The notes under the pieces are model-generated. The model saw only the letters and a program-made list of their open reading frames with translations. It was not told the origin of the DNA and ran no database searches. A DNA stretch of 64,000 bases from Mucilaginibacter sp. (lineage in GTDB: Bacteria > Bacteroidota > Bacteroidia > Sphingobacteriales > Sphingobacteriaceae), in NCBI GenBank assembly GCA_035551775.1, contig DASZMQ010000014.1:523403-587402 (forward strand). The letters are read 5' to 3'. Positions 37,459 to 46,048 of this stretch are shown in pieces; position 1 is the stretch's first letter; each line of letters opens with the position of its first letter. The translations under genes and the position numbers were made by a program.

Positions 37459-38172
37459 ATGAAAAAAAACAGCGTTCAAAAAAACCTATTTCTTACCTTT
37501 TTACTCGTATTATTTGGAATTAGCAACTACGCAATAGCGCAGGACACTATTCCTCCCCCGCCCAAACTGGATGAAACCGGCTGGCGCCAGCTGTTCAACG
37601 GCAAAAACCTTGACGGCTGGAAAATGGTCGGCCCGGGCAGTCGTTACGTGGAAAATGGCGTTACTGGCAGCCACGGCGGCATGGGCCTTCTGTATTGGAC
37701 GAAGGAAAAATTCAGCAATTGTACTATCAGGGTTGTGTACCGCATGCAGAAATTCAATAGCAACTCGGGCGTATTTATCCGCATACCGATTCCGCCTCGC
37801 GAGCCTTGGATGCCTGTCTTTTACGGCTACGAAGTACAGATAGACAATCACCCCGAAACCTCTAAAGAGGATGAATACCACGTGACGGGCACATTATATT
37901 CATTGACAAAACCCCATGCCAAACCCGGCAAGCCCGGGCCGGAGTGGAATGTTATGGAGATAACGCTCGACGGCTTGCGGACGATTGTAAAAGTTAACGG
38001 CGAACTCGTAACAGATTACACCGAAGGCCAGCCTACACCTGCCCGCAAATTTGACTTTGAACCCTACCGGGGTCCCCGCCCTCTCGCAGGTTATATCGGC
38101 CTGCAAAATCACGGCGACGATGATATCGTGTTCTTCAAAGAAGTTGCTGTTAAACCGCTTAACAAAAAATAA
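37459..38172 (+). CDS. DUF1080 (3-keto-disaccharide hydrolase-like) secreted protein
   Basis: Signal peptide. WRQLFNGKNLDGWK near the N-terminus and GYIGLQNHGDDDIVFFKEVAVKPL at the C-terminus are the family hallmarks. Confidence 0.8.
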   Translation: MKKNSVQKNLFLTFLLVLFGISNYAIAQDTIPPPPKLDETGWRQLFNGKNLDGWKMVGPGSRYVENGVTGSHGGMGLLYWTKEKFSNCTIRVVYRMQKFNSNSGVFIRIPIPPREPWMPVFYGYEVQIDNHPETSKEDEYHVTGTLYSLTKPHAKPGKPGPEWNVMEITLDGLRTIVKVNGELVTDYTEGQPTPARKFDFEPYRGPRPLAGYIGLQNHGDDDIVFFKEVAVKPLNKK

Positions 38173-38180
38173 CGATCGGT

Positions 38181-39698
38181 ATGGAAAAGAAACCTAAAGA
38201 CCAAAACAAGATCAGCCGCGGCGATTTTATCAAAAAAACAGCTTTAGCTACAGCCGGTTTTTACATTGTACCCCGTTATGTTTTAGGCGGCAAAGGCTAT
38301 GTTGCCCCAAGCGATAAATTATATATTGCGGCGGTGGGCTGCAGCGGTGAGGCTGAAAATGACATTCACCACTATGCTTCTGCTCCAAAGAAAAACGCTG
38401 AGATCGCTTTCCTGTGCGATGTGGATGACCGCGGAGCAGCACCCCGCATGAAAGAATTCCCGAAAGCGAAGCACTATTATGACTGGCGCGAGATGTTCGA
38501 CAAAGAGCATAAGAACTTCGACGCCGTTACCGTGGCCATACCCGATCATAACCACGCCATTGTGGGCCTGAGCGCCATGCAATTGAAGAAACACCTTTAT
38601 CTGCAAAAACCGCTTACCCATGATATTTACGAGGCGCGGGTATTGACGCAAGCCTCACAAAAATACCAGGTGGTAACCCAGATGGGCGACCAGGGTGCAT
38701 CCTGCGAAGGTATGCGCACCATGCGCGAATGGTTCGAGGCCGGACTCATAGGCGATATCCAAAAGGTTTATTGCTGGACCGACCGCCCCGTATGGCCGCA
38801 GGGCATTTCCTGGCCTACGGCAAAGCCGGCGGTGCCAAAAGAGCTCAAATGGGACCTCTGGCTGGGAACCGCGCAACATGTCGATTATATCGATAATCTC
38901 GTTCCCTTCAACTGGCGCGGCTGGTGGCAATTCGGCACCGGAGCGTTGGGCGACATGGGCTGTCATATTATAGGGCCGCCGTTCAAGCTGCTTGAACTGG
39001 GTTACCCTACCGAGGTATCCGGCAGCGCGAGCACGGTTTACAGCGGTATATTCAAGGAAGGTATTTACCCGGAAAGCGGGCCTGTTTCAAGCTCCATCAA
39101 GTTCAAATTCAAACAGAAGAACGGCAAGGATCTCGACCTGTACTGGATGGACGGCGGCATTACCCCGGAAAGATTGAGCGAGCTTGATCCCGACGTGAAC
39201 CAGAACGAAGCGCTGGGCGATATCCCAAGCGAGAACGATTTTGAGGGCTGCACGCTGTTCATTGGCACCAAAGGAAAAGTTTCCTGCGGTTGGGGCGGCA
39301 GTCACCCGCGTTTATTGCCGCTGAGCCTGAATAAGGACGTGAACATTCCAAAGAAATATCCCCGTGTTGAAGGCGACATGGATGGGCACTGGTGGCAATG
39401 GGTTGACGCCGCGATTGCGGGCTACGGTAAAATGGAAGTAGACTCGCCTTTCGTGGGTTACGCAGGCCCGTTGACTGAAACCGTACTGATGGGTAATCTT
39501 TTGCTGCGTACTTTCGATATACGCGAAAAGGTGAAGTACAAGGATCCGGTTTACGGCGACCAGGAACGCTACCAGTTCAGCGGGCGCTACAAGGCGCTGC
39601 AATGGGACGGTGAAAATATGAAGATCACTAATTATGATCCGGCCAACCAGTTCATCCGCCGCGAATACCGCAAGGGCTGGGGTGAAGTGAAACTTTAA
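38181..39698 (+). CDS. Gfo/Idh/MocA-family oxidoreductase with Tat-like signal
   Basis: ISRGDFIKKTALATAGF resembles a twin-arginine signal but has a single Arg. Rossmann region LYIAAVGCSGEAEND. Family-typical HLYLQKPL motif. Confidence 0.85.
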   Translation: MEKKPKDQNKISRGDFIKKTALATAGFYIVPRYVLGGKGYVAPSDKLYIAAVGCSGEAENDIHHYASAPKKNAEIAFLCDVDDRGAAPRMKEFPKAKHYYDWREMFDKEHKNFDAVTVAIPDHNHAIVGLSAMQLKKHLYLQKPLTHDIYEARVLTQASQKYQVVTQMGDQGASCEGMRTMREWFEAGLIGDIQKVYCWTDRPVWPQGISWPTAKPAVPKELKWDLWLGTAQHVDYIDNLVPFNWRGWWQFGTGALGDMGCHIIGPPFKLLELGYPTEVSGSASTVYSGIFKEGIYPESGPVSSSIKFKFKQKNGKDLDLYWMDGGITPERLSELDPDVNQNEALGDIPSENDFEGCTLFIGTKGKVSCGWGGSHPRLLPLSLNKDVNIPKKYPRVEGDMDGHWWQWVDAAIAGYGKMEVDSPFVGYAGPLTETVLMGNLLLRTFDIREKVKYKDPVYGDQERYQFSGRYKALQWDGENMKITNYDPANQFIRREYRKGWGEVKL

Positions 39699-39705
39699 AA
39701 TATAC

Positions 39706-39737
39706 AGACTTACGAAGTTTTAAAACTTCGTAAGTCT
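39706..39737. terminator. 32-nt perfect palindrome AGACTTACGAAGTTTT/AAAACTTCGTAAGTCT (family copy 1)
   Basis: Read directly. It begins 8 nt after the stop of the 38181-39698 gene. The same arms recur at 44449-44483. Confidence 0.7.
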
Positions 39738-39793
39738 TATCTGAACACTGCAGAATCTATCGTACATTTCACTTTCCCTTAACACCCTAACGC

Positions 39794-40552
39794 ATGGAAG
39801 CCTATAAAGACCTTAAGCTGGCAGTACTGATAGATGCTGACAACGTGCCCTATGCTAATGTGAAGGAGATGTTTGAAGAGATAGCCAAATATGGCACCCC
39901 TACGTTTAAAAGGATATATGCCGACTGGACAAGACCCACCCTGACCGGCTGGAAAAATGTGCTTTTGGAAAATGCCATTACGCCCATACAGCAATATAGT
40001 TACTCTTCGGGCAAAAATTCGTCAGACAGCGCGTTGATCATTGATGCAATGGACATCTTATATACCGGGAAGGTTGATGGTTTTTGCATCGTTTCGAGTG
40101 ACAGCGACTTTACGAGGCTTGCTACCCGCCTGCGGGAAGCCGGCATGAAAGTAATTGGGATAGGCGAAAAGAAAACCCTGAACCCGTTCATAACCGCCTG
40201 CGATAAGTTTATTTATATCGAAATTCTGAAGAAAGAAAAGCATCGTCAGCCGGAACAGCCGAAAGAACAATCGAAGGATACCGCGCCTGCTGTAAATAGC
40301 CCCCTGAATAAGATCGGCCCGGAAATAACCGAGATAATTTCCGACAGCGTAGACGACCTGGCCGATGAAAACGGCTGGACCTTCCTGGGCGAATTAGGCA
40401 GCCTGGTGATGAAAAAGAAACCCGATTTTGATCCCAGGAATTATGGCTATGTCAAAATGCTTCCCCTGATCAGAAGCATCAACAAATTTGAAATTGACGA
40501 ACGCGATACGGGCAAAAAGAACGTAAAACACATCTACATCCGGAAAAAATAA
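39794..40552 (+). CDS. NYN (LabA-like) domain protein with C-terminal OST-HTH/LOTUS domain
   Basis: AVLIDADNVPY...SGKNSSDSALIIDAMD...FCIVSSDSDFTRLATRLREAGMKVIGIG is the NYN/LabA pattern. The C-terminal GWTFLGELGSLVMKKKPDFDPRNYGYVKMLPLI fits OST-HTH. Confidence 0.8.
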   Translation: MEAYKDLKLAVLIDADNVPYANVKEMFEEIAKYGTPTFKRIYADWTRPTLTGWKNVLLENAITPIQQYSYSSGKNSSDSALIIDAMDILYTGKVDGFCIVSSDSDFTRLATRLREAGMKVIGIGEKKTLNPFITACDKFIYIEILKKEKHRQPEQPKEQSKDTAPAVNSPLNKIGPEITEIISDSVDDLADENGWTFLGELGSLVMKKKPDFDPRNYGYVKMLPLIRSINKFEIDERDTGKKNVKHIYIRKK

Positions 40553-40565
40553 ACAAACCGGTCCT

Positions 40566-41384
40566 ATGATGCCGATCACCTATATCAAAACCGCCTGGGG
40601 GCATAAACACCCGATAACCGATGCAGCTATCAGTAATTTCAGGCAGGAAGGTTTTAGCGGGCTCGAATTGAACGTTGCCCATACGGGTCCTTCGAGTAAA
40701 GAAATAGCTAATTGCTTGCATACGAACGATTTCCTGTTCATCGCCCAGCAGTGGCTGCCGGCGGCTAATGAATCCGTTGATCAATATATCGGCAGGTTAA
40801 AGGCCAACCTGGATACTATCGCCGGGATGAAGCCCAAATTCATCAATTCCCATACGGGGAAAGATTATTTCACATTTGAAGATAATTGCCGGGTGATCGA
40901 AGTAATGGAAGAGTTCACTAAGACAACGGGTATTCGCATTTACCACGAAACGCATCGTGGCAGGTTTCCTTTTCATGCTAAGACTACGCTGGCTTACCTG
41001 AAACAATTTCCCAACCTGGCGTTCACAGCTGACTTTTCGCATTGGTGCAATGTATCGGAAAGTTTGCTGCGCGATCAGCAGGAAACTATTGAACAGGTGA
41101 TACCGAAGGTAAAATATATTCATGCCCGGGTTGGCTATGAACACTCGCCACAGGTAAATGACCCGGCCGCGCCAGAATGGAAAGATCATTTGGAACGGTT
41201 CTTCGGCTGGTGGGACGCCATCATCCAAAGTAACAGAGACCAGAGCCGTGCGGAAATGTACATTTGCCCCGAATTTGGACCAATGCCTTATATGCCTGCG
41301 TTGCCCTATACAAAAGAACCTGTAGCCGACCAGGATACTGTCAATTCATGGGTACTGCAGCAATTGCGGCAGCGGTACCGATAG
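40566..41384 (+). CDS. Xylose-isomerase-like TIM-barrel protein (sugar phosphate isomerase/epimerase family)
   Basis: 272 aa. The alternating beta/alpha pattern and the H/E/D positions (YHETHRG, ADFSHW, IHARVG) resemble the AP-endonuclease-2/TIM family. Inference. Confidence 0.55.
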   Translation: MMPITYIKTAWGHKHPITDAAISNFRQEGFSGLELNVAHTGPSSKEIANCLHTNDFLFIAQQWLPAANESVDQYIGRLKANLDTIAGMKPKFINSHTGKDYFTFEDNCRVIEVMEEFTKTTGIRIYHETHRGRFPFHAKTTLAYLKQFPNLAFTADFSHWCNVSESLLRDQQETIEQVIPKVKYIHARVGYEHSPQVNDPAAPEWKDHLERFFGWWDAIIQSNRDQSRAEMYICPEFGPMPYMPALPYTKEPVADQDTVNSWVLQQLRQRYR

Positions 41385-41759
41385 TTAAATACTCTTCCCG
41401 GCAAGCAAGCCGCCATAAGTGGCCAAAAGTCCCAATGCTACGCTGGCAATAATATAAAGGAAAGCCACCCCTATCCTGCCGTCTGTCATTAGCTGAACAT
41501 TCTCCATTGAAAAAGCCGAAAAGGTGGTAAAGCCCCCGCAAAGCCCGGTTACCAGGAAAAGACGCCATTCCTGCACGGTGTCCTGGTAACGTTCGGTGTA
41601 GAAAATAAAAAAGCCGATAAAGAAGCAGCCGATTATATTGACGATGAATGTCCCGAAAGGGAAATGGGAAATGACATTGTTATTGACTAAGCGGCTGAGA
41701 CCGTAGCGCAGCAGGCTGCCAATGCCGCCGCCGACAAAAATTAAAAGTACTGCTTGCAT
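41385..41759 (-). CDS. crcB: Fluoride ion channel CrcB/FluC
   Basis: 124 aa, 4 TM. GGGIGSLLRY and GLCGGFTTFSAFS motifs. Preceded by a fluoride riboswitch. Confidence 0.92.
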   Translation of the reverse strand: MQAVLLIFVGGGIGSLLRYGLSRLVNNNVISHFPFGTFIVNIIGCFFIGFFIFYTERYQDTVQEWRLFLVTGLCGGFTTFSAFSMENVQLMTDGRIGVAFLYIIASVALGLLATYGGLLAGKSI

Positions 41760-41820
41760 GAAAATGAATTGTGATTACGTGAATACATACTACCTGTGAA
41801 ATCCGATCAAAAAATTATTT

Positions 41821-41883
41821 CGCAGGCGTCATCAGGACTGCCCTTTCGGACTGAACGGTTCAAATAGGTGGAACACCATCACC
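41821..41883 (-). promoter_or_regulatory. Fluoride riboswitch (crcB RNA motif)
   Basis: The minus strand reads GGUGAUGGUGUUCCACCUAUUUGAACCGUUCAGUCCGAAAGGGCAGUCCUGAUGACGCCUGCG. It has a P1 stem GGUG/CACC around the conserved GAUGG, then AACCG, a GAAA-capped P3 and CUGAUGAcGCCU. The last of these matches the conserved 3' core. It lies 61 nt upstream of the crcB ATG. Confidence 0.85.
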
Positions 41884-42004
41884 TTGGTTATGCAATGATA
41901 AGCAAAAACTATTTATCGCCCAAATATGCCGTTTTCACCTATTACCTACTTTTTTAGTTTTTCACCGCAGCGATCGTTAATTTTAATTACTGATCGAAAC
42001 CCAT

Positions 42005-42832
42005 TTGGAAAACTTCAATAAAATATGGCGGGCATTTTTTGCTATCATGCTGATAGCTATAGCCGTTCAGCAACTGGTTTGTGCCGATTTCAGGCCCGTC
42101 ATATTACCTCCAAATTATCCCTCGTGGCTGGCCGACCGCATTGCATGGACCTGGGTGGCAAGCCTGGTGATGATAGCTGCCAATGGAGCCATACTGTTCA
42201 AATACAACGGTCGGAAAATTGCGCTTATTATGGCCGATATTTTTTTACTAATGCTTCTGGCATTTCATATACCCTACTGCAAAAGTGCCGGCGGCTTGCA
42301 GAGCATACAGAACATAGGTGTGTGGGGAAATGCTTTCAAGCTACTGGTGCTTAGCGGCGGGGCCTACATCGTTGCCGGTACCTTCAAACGGGAGCCGGAC
42401 GAATCTAAACTGGTGATGTTTTCCGGGTATTTGATCCCCCTGGGCAAGTATTTCTTCTGCACCACGATGATCGTCTTCGGCGCGGAACATTTTATCTATA
42501 ACAAGTTTGTAGTAGAACTGGTACCACATTGGATACCCTGGCCCTATTTCTGGACCGATTTCGCCGGCGTGGCTTTGATGCTTTCCGGTGTGGTGATTGC
42601 AGGAAATTCATTGCTGATATTAGCTTTCCCGAATTTTCCAAATTCTCCGCGGCGTTATGCCGCTTTTTTATTAGGTGTGGCCATATTCTCATGGTTTATT
42701 GTTTTACATATCCCTCGGGCCATTGCCGATCCGCACAGCGGCAATGGCAACGAGTGGACCAGCGTTTTCGAGGCTTTGGGCTTCAGCGGTATTGCTTTTA
42801 TCCTTTCAGGAAGGTCACAGAAATCTTATTGA
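42005..42832 (+). CDS. Polytopic inner-membrane protein, function unknown
   Basis: 275 aa with about 7-8 hydrophobic segments. The track start is TTG and the true start is uncertain. Confidence 0.5.
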   Translation: MENFNKIWRAFFAIMLIAIAVQQLVCADFRPVILPPNYPSWLADRIAWTWVASLVMIAANGAILFKYNGRKIALIMADIFLLMLLAFHIPYCKSAGGLQSIQNIGVWGNAFKLLVLSGGAYIVAGTFKREPDESKLVMFSGYLIPLGKYFFCTTMIVFGAEHFIYNKFVVELVPHWIPWPYFWTDFAGVALMLSGVVIAGNSLLILAFPNFPNSPRRYAAFLLGVAIFSWFIVLHIPRAIADPHSGNGNEWTSVFEALGFSGIAFILSGRSQKSY

Positions 42833-42955
42833 CTACCAGGCTAAAGCGATATTTTCAAAAATTTCATTACCCTACCCCTGTTATTTTATTGGAGTTTCCG
42901 GGCGAATAAAGTAACTTTAAAGCACGCTATCTAAAGTCTAACCGAAACTCGACCA

Positions 42956-43414
42956 ATGAAAAAATTACTAATACTCTTCACAGTACTGTTCTGTTGTTCC
43001 GTTTGCGCAAAGGCTGCCCATCATTTAGTACCGGAAGTTGTAACAGACGACACGGCTAAGATCAACAAGAAAATACGCAGCCTGCAGGAGGACCTGGCTG
43101 ATTACAATTCCAGCCTTTCCAAAGCGCAAACGCGGTTGCCCACAGACTCCGTTGCCTTTGTTAACGCAACTTCAAAAGCAAATGATGCGCTTGAAGATAG
43201 TAAAAAGGCGGCAAGCAAGGCCGTGGGCGGTGATGTAAGCGATGCGAAGAATGCTGAAAAAAAAGCAAAAAAGGCATCGGATGCTAAAGATGACGCCCAT
43301 GGTGCTGAAAAACAGTTGAAGGATGACCGGAGTGACATTGTTAAATACACCAAAAAAATACAGAAAACCCAAAAAAAGATCGACGATCTGAATGCACAAT
43401 TGACCCAACCGTAA
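42956..43414 (+). CDS. Secreted Lys/Ala/Asp-rich coiled-coil protein
   Basis: Signal peptide MKKLLILFTVLFCCSVCAKA, followed by low-complexity charged helical sequence (KKAKKASDAKDDAHGAEKQLKDD). Confidence 0.5.
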   Translation: MKKLLILFTVLFCCSVCAKAAHHLVPEVVTDDTAKINKKIRSLQEDLADYNSSLSKAQTRLPTDSVAFVNATSKANDALEDSKKAASKAVGGDVSDAKNAEKKAKKASDAKDDAHGAEKQLKDDRSDIVKYTKKIQKTQKKIDDLNAQLTQP

Positions 43415-43446
43415 ATTTTCGGTCTGAATAATAAATATTTCCCGGC

Positions 43447-44136
43447 ATGAAATACTTCAAATTCCTGTTCATACTTGCGCTGTTCCCGTTTGTGGGCCAG
43501 GCGCAAAGCGTTACCAACCAGCGTTTATATGATACGATCCCGTTTATCCCTGAACATACCCCTCAGCGGGTCGAAAAGTTTACCAAAGACCCTGTTGTGA
43601 CCGGCAGGGTGATCTTCCTCGGTAACAGCATCACCGAAATGGGCGACTGGAAAAAAGCTACGGGCGATACCACGGTACTCAATCGCGGTATAGGGGGCGA
43701 TATCACCTACGGCGTATTGAAACGATTAAAGGATATTACAGACCGTCAGCCATCAAAACTATTCATCCTTTTAGGGATCAACGACATTGGTAAAGATATA
43801 CCAGATGCAGTGATAGCTGACAATTACCTGAAAATAGTGAATGAGGTACATAGTAAATGTCCGCAGACCAATATCTATGTGGAAAGTGTTTTGCCATTAA
43901 ATCCAACCATGAAAAACTTTCCTCAGCATTATGATAAGGAAGAACATGTGCTGGCGGTAAATAAGCTGCTGAAGGCAAACGCAACGGCGGGAAAATATAC
44001 GTTCGTGGATATCTTCCACCTGTTTGTTGATGGTGATGGCCGCCTGAAAAGCGAACTCAGCTACGAGGGTCTGCATCTGAGAGCGGATGCTTACCCGATC
44101 TGGGTTGCATACCTCAAAAAGCAAGGCTACCTGTAA
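43447..44136 (+). CDS. SGNH/GDSL-family hydrolase (esterase)
   Basis: Block I FLGNSITEMGDW (Ser nucleophile), block II GIGGD, block III LGINDIG, block V EGLHL. Confidence 0.8.
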   Translation: MKYFKFLFILALFPFVGQAQSVTNQRLYDTIPFIPEHTPQRVEKFTKDPVVTGRVIFLGNSITEMGDWKKATGDTTVLNRGIGGDITYGVLKRLKDITDRQPSKLFILLGINDIGKDIPDAVIADNYLKIVNEVHSKCPQTNIYVESVLPLNPTMKNFPQHYDKEEHVLAVNKLLKANATAGKYTFVDIFHLFVDGDGRLKSELSYEGLHLRADAYPIWVAYLKKQGYL

Positions 44137-44174
44137 CAATGGATTTAAGATAAGGTCTTAGTAATAAAAAGATT

Positions 44175-44441
44175 ATGACTAAAGAATCATTCAACATAAA
44201 CGGCGAAAGTTTACTGAAAAAGGTAAAGGAACTGATAGCCGAGGGCAATGTGCGAAAGATCACCATCACCGATAAATCCGGTAGAGAGATTGCATCTTTT
44301 CCGTTAACATTCGGTATTGTCGGAGCGCTGCTGCTGCCCATGCTGGCTGCCATAGGCGCCATTGCCGCGCTGGTAACTGAATGTACCATTACCGTGGAAC
44401 GCCACGAAGAACCCGTAAAGGAAGAAGAACATCAGCAATAA
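44175..44441 (+). CDS. DUF4342 domain protein
   Basis: 88 aa. LLKKVKELIAEGNVRKITITDKSGREIASFPLTFGIVGALLLPMLAAIGAIAALVTECTITVER matches the DUF4342 pattern. Confidence 0.7.
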   Translation: MTKESFNINGESLLKKVKELIAEGNVRKITITDKSGREIASFPLTFGIVGALLLPMLAAIGAIAALVTECTITVERHEEPVKEEEHQQ

Positions 44442-44448
44442 GATTCTC

Positions 44449-44483
44449 AAGACTTACGAAGTTTTCTAAACTTCGTAAGTCTT
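44449..44483. terminator. Hairpin AAGACTTACGAAGTTT-tct-AAACTTCGTAAGTCTT (family copy 2), bidirectional
   Basis: 16-bp perfect stem between convergent genes (44175-44441 plus strand, 44496-44972 minus strand). Same arm sequence as 39706-39737. Confidence 0.7.
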
Positions 44484-44495
44484 TCCTAATATGTA

Positions 44496-44972
44496 TCAAA
44501 CCAATTTTGGCCAGTATTTTCCAAACTTGCTGTCCAGTCCCCAAAATCGCCCCGCCTTGCCAAGAAGCAAGATCAGCGCGATAAAGAATACGGCCGCATC
44601 CTCGCTGTCAGGCGACCAAAACCAACGCCCCTTTGCCAGCATGTAATTTACGAAAAGCACAATGGCGATGATGGAACAAACACGGTTGAAAGCACCCAGC
44701 AAAAATCCCAACCCGGCGAACGACTCCCCGATCATGATGAGGTAGCTGAACAACTTAGCGTTGGGAACAACAACAGATTGAAGAAAACCGGTATAAAATC
44801 CAGCCGGCCGGCCGGCTTTGATCTCAAAATTGATAAAGCCGAGCATTTCATCCACAAAGGAGGATGAGGCGGTTAACTTACCTATAACCGTGTACAATAA
44901 TATCACACCCAAATAAATACGCAATATGGTTAACAGGTAACCCGGAACTTGCTGCTGCTGATCATTATTCAT
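44496..44972 (-). CDS. DoxX/DoxD-like membrane protein
   Basis: 158 aa, 4 TM. LRIYLGVILLYTVIGKL and the GESFAGLGFLLG pattern. Confidence 0.65.
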   Translation of the reverse strand: MNNDQQQQVPGYLLTILRIYLGVILLYTVIGKLTASSSFVDEMLGFINFEIKAGRPAGFYTGFLQSVVVPNAKLFSYLIMIGESFAGLGFLLGAFNRVCSIIAIVLFVNYMLAKGRWFWSPDSEDAAVFFIALILLLGKAGRFWGLDSKFGKYWPKLV

Positions 44973-44995
44973 TGTGAATTTTCTATCTAAAATAG

Positions 44996-45454
44996 TTATA
45001 CTTTTTTGGCTGCAAAGATTAATCCTATATATCTTCCGACGGTAAATTTACCCGGTCCCAATATCGCCACCGTTCCGAAAATGATAATGTATTCCATCGC
45101 GCTATTCTTGCTGACCAACGGATCATTTATACGGATACTTGTATAAAGTGCCCCTATCATACATACCGCGATGAGGATCGAAAATATTCGCGTATAAATA
45201 CCAAGCGCCACGAAAAGTGCAAACAACGATTCGCATAGTATCGCGAACAGGGCTAGTAGTGGCGCAAAAGGAAACCCTACATTTCGTATGAGGCCGGCCA
45301 GCGGAACTGCGTTCCAGGGCTTACCAGACCCGATAAACTTTATCAGCCATCCTATTTTTTCTATCCCGAAAGTAAAACACAGCACAAGCCCCGCTGCCCT
45401 CAGGAAAAGCAGCCCGAGGTCTCTCTTGTTGTCTTCAGTATCGTTGGTCATCAT
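44996..45454 (-). CDS. DoxX family membrane protein
   Basis: 152 aa, 4 TM. LLFLRAAGLVLCFTFGIEK is typical of the DoxX N-terminus. Confidence 0.65.
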   Translation of the reverse strand: MMTNDTEDNKRDLGLLFLRAAGLVLCFTFGIEKIGWLIKFIGSGKPWNAVPLAGLIRNVGFPFAPLLALFAILCESLFALFVALGIYTRIFSILIAVCMIGALYTSIRINDPLVSKNSAMEYIIIFGTVAILGPGKFTVGRYIGLIFAAKKV

Positions 45455-45490
45455 TTGTTATTTACTATTGCTTCCGGTGATGGGAATCCG

Positions 45491-45919
45491 CTACTTTTCA
45501 AGCTCCCAGAGTACGTTTACTATTACCCACCGTCCATGCCAACGGTGCAATTGAAGAAAATCGACCCAACCTGACGCAATGACCTTAGCCGTGGCCGCAT
45601 CGCGAAATATATCCGTCACCGTTACGTCCTGGCGTCGCTTATCAGCCGGGATGGGCGGATGATTTTTAGTATTGAGTATTAGCGTCATCGCTCCCATTTG
45701 GCCGAGCTGCTCGTTGCCGTTGGCATTCTTTGCAATAATTCTTTTTGCAAGCTCCGGGTGCAAAGCGCCCTGCATCCGGGTGGTATCGTTGGTGTAATAG
45801 CCGTCGATATAGTCGTGAGCCGTCTTGATAATTGCCAGCGAATCCTGGGTACGCGTTTGTGCGTTTGCCGCGACTGCAAATAGCATGGCCGCAGCACAAA
45901 TAAGGAAAATTATCTTCAT
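45491..45919 (-). CDS. Secreted NTF2-like (SnoaL/lumazine-binding-like) protein
   Basis: Signal peptide. DYIDGYYTNDTTRMQGALHPELAKRI and the C-terminal W..VNVLWE resemble the NTF2-fold lumazine-binding family. Inference. Confidence 0.5.
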   Translation of the reverse strand: MKIIFLICAAAMLFAVAANAQTRTQDSLAIIKTAHDYIDGYYTNDTTRMQGALHPELAKRIIAKNANGNEQLGQMGAMTLILNTKNHPPIPADKRRQDVTVTDIFRDAATAKVIASGWVDFLQLHRWHGRWVIVNVLWELEK

Positions 45920-46048
45920 ATGATTATTATTGATCTGAGTGGCAATCTTAACGCTTACTGTGATCCGAATCGACCGGAAAGAAGATTCCGAACCTTAAAT
46001 TGGAATATTGGTTAAAATTCAAGTGAAAAGAGCAGGGTTCCGGCCGTT

